Below are positions 18,699-27,029 of a DNA stretch of 64,000 bases, in pieces (positions within the stretch are counted from its first letter, which is position 1; each line of letters starts with the position of its first letter). Origin of the DNA: an uncultured Erythrobacter sp. (GTDB lineage Bacteria; Pseudomonadota; Alphaproteobacteria; Sphingomonadales; Sphingomonadaceae); the NCBI GenBank assembly GCA_937969505.1, contig CALBWA010000010.1:11184-75183 (forward strand), given 5' to 3'. The translations under genes and the position numbers were made by a program. The notes under the pieces are model-generated. The model was not told the DNA's origin. It was given only the letters and a program-made list of their open reading frames with translations, and did not search any database.

Positions 18699-19468
18699 CC
18701 CGTTTCTCCTCCGCCTTTTCCGCCCCGGCGCTCGTTTGTTTCATCACCGCTGGTGATGGAGACACAGCGGCCAATCTTGACGCTTTGGTCGACGGCGGTG
18801 CCGATGTGATCGAGCTGGGCATGCCTTTCACCGATCCGATGGCCGATGGCCCCGCCATTCAGGCCGCCAATCTGCGCAGTCTGGGCGCGGGTACGACCAC
18901 CGCCGATGTTCTCCAAATCGCGACCGACTTCCGCGCTCGCCACCCTGACATGCCGCTGGTCTTGATGGGCTATGCCAATCCGATGATCCGTCGCGGGCCC
19001 GAATGGTTTGCCGATGCGGCCAAGAAGGCTGGCGTTGATGGCGTCATCTGCGTCGATATTCCGCCCGAGGAAGACGAAGAGCTTGGCCCTGCCCTGCGCG
19101 ATGCAGGGATTGCACCCATTCGCCTTGCCACGCCCACCACCGATGCCGCGCGCTTGCCGCAGGTTCTGAGCGGTTCTGAAGGCTTCGTCTATTACGTCTC
19201 GGTCGCCGGTATCACCGGCAAGCAACAGGCCGCCCAGGCCAGCATTGAAGACAATGTCGCCCGCATCAAACAATCAACCGATCTGCCCGTGGCAGTCGGC
19301 TTTGGCGTGCGAACACCGGAACAGGCCGCTGACATTGCCCGCGTCGCCGATGGTGTTGTGGTCGGCTCTGCACTGGTCGAAATTGTCGGCGAATTTGGCA
19401 AAGATGCCCCGGCCAAGCTAAGAGAGCTGACATCTGCCCTTGCCGACGCGGTCCATTCCGCGCGCTGA
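18695..19468 (+). CDS. trpA: Tryptophan synthase alpha chain
   Basis: FITAGD, IELGMPFTDPMADGP.IQ, YYVSVAGITG and VGFGV motifs. Confidence 0.98.
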   Translation: MTRFSSAFSAPALVCFITAGDGDTAANLDALVDGGADVIELGMPFTDPMADGPAIQAANLRSLGAGTTTADVLQIATDFRARHPDMPLVLMGYANPMIRRGPEWFADAAKKAGVDGVICVDIPPEEDEELGPALRDAGIAPIRLATPTTDAARLPQVLSGSEGFVYYVSVAGITGKQQAAQASIEDNVARIKQSTDLPVAVGFGVRTPEQAADIARVADGVVVGSALVEIVGEFGKDAPAKLRELTSALADAVHSAR

Positions 19469-19490
19469 TACGCATTAACAGGATGATTGC

Positions 19491-20339
19491 ATGAACTGGT
19501 TCACCCGCGTCCGCAATTCGATCGGCTGGCTGCCCAAGCGCACCAGCGAGAAGGATTTGTGGGTCAAATGCTCTTCCTGCCAGGAAATGCTGTTCGAGCA
19601 GGAGTATGAGGAAAATCTCAACGTCTGCCCGCGGTGCGAACACCATGGCCGGATCGGTGCCGATGCGCGGCTCGCGATGATCCTCGATGAAGGGTTCGAA
19701 CTGCTCCAGCAGCCCGAAGTGCGCGAAGACCCGCTGAAATTCAAAGATCAGAAGAAATACACCGAACGGTTGAAAGCCGCTCGGGCGAAAAACCCGCACC
19801 GCGATGCGTTCAGTGTCGGTTCGGGTGACATCATGGGCAATCCGGCGGTCGTCGGGGTGCAGGACTTCGGCTTTATGGGCGGATCGATGGGGATGGCCGT
19901 CGGCACAGCGTTCTGCGCCGGGGCCGAGCGGGCGCTGACCCGCAAATGCGCCTATATTGTCGTCACCGCTGCTGGTGGTGCACGGATGCAGGAAGGCATT
20001 CTCAGCCTGATGCAAATGCCCAAGGCGACCGTGATGACACGCCGACTGAAAGAGGCTGGCCTGCCCTATATCGTGGTGCTGACCGACCCGACCACGGGCG
20101 GTGTTACCGCCAGCTACGCCATGTTGGGCGATATCCAGATTGCCGAGCCGGGCGCTTTGATCGGCTTTGCCGGACAGCGGGTGATCAAGGATACGATCCG
20201 CGAGAACCTGCCCGAAGGTTTCCAGCGCGCCGAATATCTGCACAAGCACGGCATGGTCGACATGGTCGTGCCGCGCAGCGAGATGAAGGAAACACTGGCC
20301 TCGCTGCTTGAATATCTCGCCCCGCAAAAGGCAGCCTGA
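19491..20339 (+). CDS. accD: Acetyl-CoA carboxylase carboxyltransferase beta subunit
   Basis: Zn finger C-x2-C...C-x2-[16 protein letters not shown] and PTTGGVTAS motifs. Confidence 0.97.
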   Translation: MNWFTRVRNSIGWLPKRTSEKDLWVKCSSCQEMLFEQEYEENLNVCPRCEHHGRIGADARLAMILDEGFELLQQPEVREDPLKFKDQKKYTERLKAARAKNPHRDAFSVGSGDIMGNPAVVGVQDFGFMGGSMGMAVGTAFCAGAERALTRKCAYIVVTAAGGARMQEGILSLMQMPKATVMTRRLKEAGLPYIVVLTDPTTGGVTASYAMLGDIQIAEPGALIGFAGQRVIKDTIRENLPEGFQRAEYLHKHGMVDMVVPRSEMKETLASLLEYLAPQKAA

Positions 20340-20346
20340 CGCCCCG

Positions 20347-21651
20347 ATGCTCGACTTCGCGCGCTCGGACGATCCGCGTGTCCAGGCCCAGCTGGACCGT
20401 TTGGCAGCGCTATCCGTGCCTGACGGGCGGCTTGGGCTGGAGACGATCCGCGCGATGATGGATCGGCTGGGCAATCCGCATCGTAAGCTCCCCCCCGCTT
20501 TTCATGTCGCCGGGACCAATGGCAAGGGCTCTGTCTGCGCTTTTCTGCGCGCCATGCTGGAAGCTGACGGCAAGCGCGTTCACGTCACCACCAGCCCGCA
20601 TCTGGTGCGCTATAACGAGCGGATACGGCTTGCCGGAGAGCTGATTTCGGATGAGGCGCTGGCAGAGCTTCTCGCCGAAGTGCTGGACGCATGCGAGGAT
20701 TTGAACCCGAGCTTTTTCGAAGTCACGATCGCGTCAGCTTTTCTCGCCTTCAGCCGCACACCGGCCGATGCTTGCGTGGTCGAGGTGGGTCTGGGCGGAC
20801 GGTTCGATGCGACCAATGTGCTGGAGCCTGAGGCTGTCGCGGTGTGTGGTATCGCCGCGTTGGGGATCGATCACGAGCGGTTCCTGCTGGCGCCGGAGGA
20901 AGGTGTGCCGAAAGAACCGATGGCGCGCATCGCGTTTGAGAAAGCGGGAATCGCGAAACGCGGTGTTCCGCTGGTGACCTTTGATTATGGCTCTCTTGAA
21001 AACGCTGCGGTTGCCGAAGTCGCTTTGAAGCATGGAGCGCAAATTTCACGACAAGACATCAGCTGGGCAGCTACATTCGAAGCGCAGATGATGGAATACC
21101 AAGACTCGGTTGGATCACTCTCTTTGCCACTTCCCGGCATGCAAGGAATGCATCAATGGGAAAATGCAGCATTGGCTACGGCAATGATCAGGCACCAAAG
21201 CCGATTACGGTTATCTCAAAACGCGTTAGCCGTGGGCATCGAAGAAGCCCGCTGGCCTGCACGAATGCAGTGCCTCGTGACCCAAGGGAAACTTCTGAAA
21301 GCTTCAGGATTCAAAGATGTCTGGCTAGACGGCGGGCACAACTACAGCGCAGGCGAGCAGATCGCGAAATACTTCGATGGCCCTCTCCACCTCGTCATCG
21401 GCATGATTGAAGGCAAGGACCCTAAGGCGATTACTGGCCCATTGGGCGACTGGGTCCGAACGCTGACCGTAGTTCCGGTGCCCGGCCATAAAAGCCATCA
21501 TGCCGAAGCCTTTGGCCCCACCGCGCGTTCTGCAGCTGGCGTTGAAGAAGCACTACTGAATCTGCCATCCGACGATTATTCCGTGCTGATCGCCGGCTCG
21601 CTTTATCTCGCGGGCGAGGTTCTGCGCCTCAATGACGAAGTGCCGCGATAG
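20347..21651 (+). CDS. folC: Folylpolyglutamate synthase / dihydrofolate synthase
   Basis: HVAGTNGKGS, TSPHLVRYNER, EVGLGGRFDATN, LDGGHN and AGSLYLAG motifs. Confidence 0.96.
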   Translation: MLDFARSDDPRVQAQLDRLAALSVPDGRLGLETIRAMMDRLGNPHRKLPPAFHVAGTNGKGSVCAFLRAMLEADGKRVHVTTSPHLVRYNERIRLAGELISDEALAELLAEVLDACEDLNPSFFEVTIASAFLAFSRTPADACVVEVGLGGRFDATNVLEPEAVAVCGIAALGIDHERFLLAPEEGVPKEPMARIAFEKAGIAKRGVPLVTFDYGSLENAAVAEVALKHGAQISRQDISWAATFEAQMMEYQDSVGSLSLPLPGMQGMHQWENAALATAMIRHQSRLRLSQNALAVGIEEARWPARMQCLVTQGKLLKASGFKDVWLDGGHNYSAGEQIAKYFDGPLHLVIGMIEGKDPKAITGPLGDWVRTLTVVPVPGHKSHHAEAFGPTARSAAGVEEALLNLPSDDYSVLIAGSLYLAGEVLRLNDEVPR

Positions 21652-21663
21652 CCAGCAATTGCC

Positions 21664-23394
21664 CTAGGCCGTCTGGACCCCCGGATCAGGGGCCAATACG
21701 CCCGATTTGGCTCCGGCACGCTTTTGCCGGTACCATTCGCCCAGACACAGGGCGACTGCAATAAATCCGATCGCCATGGTGAAGATGAAAACATCATAAT
21801 ACCCGCGATCCTCGATCATCTCGCCCAACGCGCCCCGGCCCAATGTGCCGACCAGCATGGTGAGCGATGACAATAGCGCGAACTGAACCGCGCTGTATCC
21901 CTTCGACACAATCGAGCTGAGCCAGGCAATATAGGCCGCCCCGGCGATCCCGATGGCCAGATTTTCCGCGCCGATGGTGATCATCAACCGCGCAAGCTTT
22001 TCCGACCCTCCGGGAAATTGCAGCACGGCCCAGGTGAAACCGATCGTATCGCTGACCGCTTGCATTCGCGCGCCGCCCAGGGCGAGATCGGCGTAGAGAA
22101 GATTGGTCACGGCTGCGAGAAACGCTCCCAGCGTCAGAGTGAACATTCGGCCCAGCACGGTGATCATCCAGCCACCCAGCGCAAGGCCGAGAATGATCGC
22201 GCCAACGCCAAAGAATTTGGACGCCACCGCCACTTCATTGAGCGAATATTCCAGCTCTCCCAGATAGAAAGGATAGGCAAATGTCCCCCAGATGGAATCG
22301 GTAATGCGATAGGTCAGCACCAGCGCGAGGATCAGCACCAGGCTCCATCCCATCCGGCCGACAAATTCGACCAATGGCAACACCAGCGCGCGATAAAGCT
22401 GATCCATCACCAGTCCATCGGACTTGGCTGCCACGCGATCCTGCGTGATCACATGCCGCCCCTCACGCTGTTGCTTGACCAGCCAAGCGGCGATGAAGGC
22501 GGGGATGACAATCGTGGCCAGAATGATCAGCGGGCCGAATGTGGCGGTGAATTCGGTCGGATTGGGCCGTTCTTCGGGCACCGCAGTCATCGACTGGATC
22601 ATGAAGATCAGCACCGTACCGATGGCCAGCGCCCACAGGACGCCCACCACCACCAGCGCGCGGCTGCGCACCGTGGGGTTTAATTCGCCGACTTCGTAAA
22701 GCTCTGCCGTGCCCGCTGCATGTGCCGCGTCAGAGGCGTCCTTGTCGACTTCTGCGTCGGGAGCGAAAAGCCCTGCCACGCCGATAACCAGCATCAGCCC
22801 GCCCATGAAGATATAGGTCTGCGGCCAGCCGATCTGATCTGCGATAATCAGGCCCAGCGCGCCGCCAACCAATGCGGCCAGCCGGTACCCCATTTGCGTT
22901 ACGGTGGAGAGGATATCGATGGTCGCAACATCGTCTGCCACGTCAATTCGCCAGGCGTTGATCACGATGTCCTGCGTTGCGCTGGCAAAGGCACCAATGC
23001 CGGCAAGCAGACTGAACCATGCCAGCTGGCTTTTGGGATCAAGCAGCGACATCGACACCAGAATGATGCCGAGCAGCAATTGCATCGGTGCGATCCATTG
23101 CTTGCGCTTACCCAATTTGCGCAGGACAGGAATATTCAACCTGTCTACCAGCGGGGACCACAGGAACTGGAAAGCATAGGCCAACCCGATGAGCGAAAAG
23201 ACGCCCATCGTTTCCAGATCAACCTTGGCCTCGCTCAACCAGGCATAAAGCGTGCCCAGAAACAGCGCGAAAGGCAGTCCGCTGGCAAAGCCGAACAGGG
23301 CCATGAAACCCGTCTTGCGATTGGACAGAGCCATACGCAGAACCGCCCATTTGGAGAGCGCCGGCTTGTCCTGTCCCGCTTGAGCTTCCGCCAT
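21664..23394 (-). CDS. ampG: AmpG-family muropeptide MFS transporter
   Basis: LFGFASGLPF, QFLWSPLVD, ASATQDI..NAWRI and YSAVQFALLSS motifs. Confidence 0.85.
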   Translation of the reverse strand: MAEAQAGQDKPALSKWAVLRMALSNRKTGFMALFGFASGLPFALFLGTLYAWLSEAKVDLETMGVFSLIGLAYAFQFLWSPLVDRLNIPVLRKLGKRKQWIAPMQLLLGIILVSMSLLDPKSQLAWFSLLAGIGAFASATQDIVINAWRIDVADDVATIDILSTVTQMGYRLAALVGGALGLIIADQIGWPQTYIFMGGLMLVIGVAGLFAPDAEVDKDASDAAHAAGTAELYEVGELNPTVRSRALVVVGVLWALAIGTVLIFMIQSMTAVPEERPNPTEFTATFGPLIILATIVIPAFIAAWLVKQQREGRHVITQDRVAAKSDGLVMDQLYRALVLPLVEFVGRMGWSLVLILALVLTYRITDSIWGTFAYPFYLGELEYSLNEVAVASKFFGVGAIILGLALGGWMITVLGRMFTLTLGAFLAAVTNLLYADLALGGARMQAVSDTIGFTWAVLQFPGGSEKLARLMITIGAENLAIGIAGAAYIAWLSSIVSKGYSAVQFALLSSLTMLVGTLGRGALGEMIEDRGYYDVFIFTMAIGFIAVALCLGEWYRQKRAGAKSGVLAPDPGVQTA

Positions 23395-23446
23395 TCCGCA
23401 ACGTCCTTTGAAAAAATCACTATTTCTGCGACACTAGCGGCGCTTT

Positions 23447-23480
23447 TCGTAAATAGGAATTGGTCGTGAATAGGAATTGG
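23447..23480. repeat. 17-bp tandem repeat TCGT(A/G)AATAGGAATTGG x2
   Basis: Copies at 23447-23463 and 23464-23480 differ by one base; they lie in the divergent ampG / Rieske oxygenase intergenic region. Confidence 0.85.
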
Positions 23481-23518
23481 CGATGAACAATACCGGTACG
23501 AAGCTGCAGGAGAGGAAT

Positions 23519-24658
23519 ATGGGGATAAAGCGCCCCACGCCCGGTCAGCTTGCTTTGGCAAAAACCATTGCGCGCGGCGAAGCGCGGTCCACCAAGGAAA
23601 TCTCGCGCCTGCCTGCCAGCCTCTACACCGACCCTGCCCATTTCGAGCGCGAGAAGACGGCGCTGTTCAATCGCCTGCCGCAAGTCATCGCCCCTTCAGC
23701 CCTTTTGCCCGAGCCGGGCATGGCCGTGCCCCATGATGGCACCGGCAGACCGCTGCTGATCACCCGCGACAAGCAAGGCGCGGCCCATGTCTTTCTCAAT
23801 GTGTGCCAGCATCGCGGCACGCGGCTGGTCGAGGGTGGCGACGTGCAATGCACCAGCCGGCTGGTGTGCCCCTATCACGCCTGGACATACCGGCTCGACG
23901 GGGCGCTGATTGCCCTGCCCCGGCCAGAGACGTTTCCCGATCTCGACAAGAATGCATTCGGGCTGAAGGAATTGCCCAGTCTGGAGGCCGGCGGTCTGAT
24001 CTGGTTTTCTCCAGAGGCAGAGGCGGATTTCACCCATGCCCGCCATCTGGGCGCAGATTTTGATGCCTTTGGCCTGGGCGAAAGCCATATGTTCCGGCGC
24101 AAGCTGCACACGGTCAAAGGCAATTGGAAGCTGATCATGGATGCCTTCCTGGAAAGCTATCATGTCACCCGGCTGCATGCTGACACGATTGGCCCGTTCT
24201 TCAAGGACGGGATCACCGCTGGTGACCAGATCGGGCCGCATCAGCGATCCCTGGTCGGGCGGCTGGAAGAAATGGACGGGGCGGATCTCACCGATATGGC
24301 GGCGCTGCGCAAGCTGGTTACCTTTGCCTATCAATTGCTGCCCGCAACAATCGTCATCCCCAGCCCGGACTACATCAATGTCATGGTGCTGATGCCGCAA
24401 GCGCATGATCAGACATTGGTCGAGGATTTCATGCTGATCCCGGAAGAACCGCAGACAGACAAAGCGCGCGATCACTGGGAACGCAGTTGGAAATTGCTGG
24501 ATGGCGGGGTGTTTGCAAGTGAGGATTTCCGCGCAGCAGAGCTGGGCCAGCAGGGTCTGCAAAGCGGTGCAATCGATCATCTGACGCTGGGGACACTGGA
24601 AGGCGGCATCGCCCGCTTCGACGAAATCGTGCAAGAGGCGTTGCGCAGCGCCAACTGA
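23519..24658 (+). CDS. Rieske non-heme iron oxygenase alpha subunit
   Basis: Rieske motifs CQHRG and CPYHAW, mononuclear iron site ESYH..RLH; SD AGGAGAGG upstream of 23519. Confidence 0.9.
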   Translation: MGIKRPTPGQLALAKTIARGEARSTKEISRLPASLYTDPAHFEREKTALFNRLPQVIAPSALLPEPGMAVPHDGTGRPLLITRDKQGAAHVFLNVCQHRGTRLVEGGDVQCTSRLVCPYHAWTYRLDGALIALPRPETFPDLDKNAFGLKELPSLEAGGLIWFSPEAEADFTHARHLGADFDAFGLGESHMFRRKLHTVKGNWKLIMDAFLESYHVTRLHADTIGPFFKDGITAGDQIGPHQRSLVGRLEEMDGADLTDMAALRKLVTFAYQLLPATIVIPSPDYINVMVLMPQAHDQTLVEDFMLIPEEPQTDKARDHWERSWKLLDGGVFASEDFRAAELGQQGLQSGAIDHLTLGTLEGGIARFDEIVQEALRSAN

Positions 24659-24675
24659 AGGCTTAGGCGCACACC

Positions 24676-25455
24676 ATGTCCGACCAGCACAAACCAGCCG
24701 CCGATCGTCCCGAGGGTGAACGCATCGCCAAACTGCTTGCCAGAGCCGGTGTTGCCAGCCGTCGCGAAGTGGAACGCATGATTGGCGATGGTCGCATCGC
24801 GATTGATGGCCTTGTGCTGGAAACACCCGCCACCATCATAAAGGATTTGCGCGGTGTTACCGTGGACGGCAAACCGGTGGGCAAGGCGCCGCCGACACAA
24901 ATGTTCGCTTTCCACAAGCCGACCGGATTGCTCACGGCAGAGCGCGACTTTACCGGCCGGGCGACGATCTACTCCGCACTGCGCAATGCCTTGCCCAAGG
25001 ATACGCCGCGCCTGATGCCGGTCGGACGGCTCGACCTTAACACCGAAGGCCTGTTGCTCCTCACCAATGATGGTGGGCTGAAACGGGCGATGGAATTGCC
25101 TTCTTCGCAGATTCCGCGGACCTATCGCGCGCGAACCTTCGGCGATGTGTCGCAGAACCAGCTTGAGGATCTGATGGACGGAATTACCATCGACGGGGTC
25201 AATTACGGCCGCATTGATGCCAATCTGGAACGCAGCACGGGCCGCAATCAATGGGTTGAAGTGACCATTACCGAAGGCAAAAACCGCGAAGTGCGCCGGG
25301 TTCTGGAACATCTGGGGCTGCAGGTCAGCCGCCTTATCCGCACAGCCTATGGCCCGTTCGAGCTTGGTGATCTTCCTCGCGGGGCCGCGGCCCCCATCCG
25401 CAAGCATGACTTGGGCCGGTTCCAAAGCCAGCTGAAAAGCGCACGGCAAGGCTGA
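24676..25455 (+). CDS. rluB: 23S rRNA pseudouridine synthase (RluB-like)
   Basis: S4 domain (RIAKLLARAGVASRRE), VGRLDLNTEGLLLLTNDG and EGKNREVRR motifs. Confidence 0.88.
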   Translation: MSDQHKPAADRPEGERIAKLLARAGVASRREVERMIGDGRIAIDGLVLETPATIIKDLRGVTVDGKPVGKAPPTQMFAFHKPTGLLTAERDFTGRATIYSALRNALPKDTPRLMPVGRLDLNTEGLLLLTNDGGLKRAMELPSSQIPRTYRARTFGDVSQNQLEDLMDGITIDGVNYGRIDANLERSTGRNQWVEVTITEGKNREVRRVLEHLGLQVSRLIRTAYGPFELGDLPRGAAAPIRKHDLGRFQSQLKSARQG

Positions 25456-25465
25456 CGGGCAGATC

Positions 25466-26032
25466 ATGCGCATTATCGCCGGACAATGGAGAGGCCGAAA
25501 GCTGGCAGCCCCCAAGGGTGACAACACCCGGCCAACTGCCGATCGGACCCGTGAAACGCTGTTCAACATGCTGGTCAGCCGCATCGGATCGTTTGAAGAA
25601 TTGCGCGTGGCCGATCTGTTTGCCGGCTCTGGAGCGCTGGGGCTGGAGGCCCTGTCTCGCGGGGCCGTGCATTGTCACTTCGTTGAGCAGGACCCTGCGG
25701 CGGTCAAAGTCATCAAGGATAACATTGCTGCTTTCGATGCTCGCCGCCAGACAGAAATTACCCCCGGTTCGGTCATGACCCTGCCGGCAGCGCGGGCGCC
25801 GACGGACCTCATTCTGCTCGATCCGCCCTATGACACAGGTGCAGCCGCGGTTGCGTTGGACCGGCTGCTCCGCTTGGGCTGGATTGGCCCGGCAACCTGG
25901 ATGGTGGCAGAGACCGGAACGAAGGAAAGCATCGAAGTCGCCGGGTTGGCGGTGGATGCAGAACGCAAGGTCGGCAAGGCCAAGCTTACATTTCTGCAGA
26001 TGGCCGGACCGGACAGCGCCACAGGCGACTGA
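25466..26032 (+). CDS. rsmD: 16S rRNA m2G966 methyltransferase
   Basis: MRIIAG.WRGRKL, TRPTADR.RETLFN, DLFAGSGALGLEALSRGA and LDPPY motifs. Confidence 0.95.
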   Translation: MRIIAGQWRGRKLAAPKGDNTRPTADRTRETLFNMLVSRIGSFEELRVADLFAGSGALGLEALSRGAVHCHFVEQDPAAVKVIKDNIAAFDARRQTEITPGSVMTLPAARAPTDLILLDPPYDTGAAAVALDRLLRLGWIGPATWMVAETGTKESIEVAGLAVDAERKVGKAKLTFLQMAGPDSATGD

Positions 26033-26057
26033 GCCATGGCGCCTGCCCTAGCTGGCT

Positions 26058-26459
26058 TTATTTCGTGTCGTCTGCGAACCCTGCATGCTTGGGCAGAGAT
26101 CGGATCTCGTTCATCCAGCCAAGCTGATCAGCGGTATGGATATGCGCGGTCGGAGCATGATCGTCCGGCTCGTCCAGAACAGCTGTCTGGATATCGACTG
26201 TGCCGGGGCTTCTGAGAAAATTGGCATAGAACAATCCCGTGCCGCACTGGATGCAGAAATATCGCTGCACGCCTTCAGACGAGGCATAGACGGCGGGCTC
26301 ACCCGTCAGGGTCAGGTCCTCCTGTTGCACCGTAATCCAGGCCACCATTGGTGCGCCCGATGTCCGCTGGCAATCGGTGCAGTGACACAGATGATGGGCC
26401 GATGGCTCTCCGGCAGCCTCAAACCGTACCGCGCCGCAATGGCATCCGCCTGTCAGCAT
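26058..26459 (-). CDS. GFA family Zn-binding protein
   Basis: GGCHCGAVRF, CHCTDCQ and RYFCIQCGT motifs. Confidence 0.9.
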   Translation of the reverse strand: MLTGGCHCGAVRFEAAGEPSAHHLCHCTDCQRTSGAPMVAWITVQQEDLTLTGEPAVYASSEGVQRYFCIQCGTGLFYANFLRSPGTVDIQTAVLDEPDDHAPTAHIHTADQLGWMNEIRSLPKHAGFADDTK

Positions 26460-26542
26460 GCTTTTCCCCTTAAATGATCAGATCACCCCTGCCCGCATTG
26501 GTGCACTCCTGTCACGCTCAAACCTGTCACGCATGAAAAGGG

Positions 26543-26575
26543 CAGCCGTACCATGGTACGACCGCCCCTCCGCGT
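26543..26575 (-). terminator. Terminator of the small secreted protein gene
   Basis: Hairpin around the palindrome CGTACCATGGTACG with flanking GGGC/GCCC pairing and TTTT on the minus strand. Confidence 0.6.
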
Positions 26576-26623
26576 CAGCAGCTTGAACGGGGCTATGCCC
26601 GTCCAGCGCGACACAGAACTCGA

Positions 26624-26899
26624 TTACATCTGGCTTGCGGGTTTGCCGGGCCAATAGTTCAGCGGCGTGTTGCCCCACTTCAGGCCGGCAGCGCGCGGAT
26701 TGATGCAGCTGTCCTGCGTATCGGACATGCACACATCCATCACCTTGTCGCCAATCTTCACCTTGGTCGCCTGGCCACGGGCGTTTTTCTCGACCACTTC
26801 GGCCTTCATCGCCTTCTTGCTGTGATCGTCTGCCATCGCTGGCGTAGTGGCGCCAAGCGCCATTGTGGTTGCTGCGGCCATCGCAATAAACATTTTCAT
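26624..26899 (-). CDS. Small secreted hypothetical protein with two Cys
   Basis: SD GGAG, signal peptide ending AMA-DDH, own promoter motif and own terminator. Confidence 0.8.
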   Translation of the reverse strand: MKMFIAMAAATTMALGATTPAMADDHSKKAMKAEVVEKNARGQATKVKIGDKVMDVCMSDTQDSCINPRAAGLKWGNTPLNYWPGKPASQM

Positions 26900-26936
26900 C
26901 GTTTAATCTCCGTGGATTAGTTCGTGTTGACTATCC

Positions 26937-26962
26937 AACGGATCGCCCCGCCGATCGGTTCC
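26937..26962 (-). promoter_or_regulatory. EcfG (sigmaT, general stress response)-type promoter
   Basis: Minus strand reads GGAAC-N17-CGTT, 37 nt upstream of the ATG at 26899. This matches the established alphaproteobacterial EcfG consensus. Confidence 0.75.
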
Positions 26963-27029
26963 GAAACAGTCAGAACCTGCAAGACAGTGCTTGCCGCATC
27001 GCGCTTCGTTCCCTACCTGTTCACATGCA

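Noticed and set aside
26478-26732. 84-aa minus-strand ORF overlapping the small secreted protein gene
   Set aside because: It overlaps a better-supported gene in another frame and runs through that gene's terminator.
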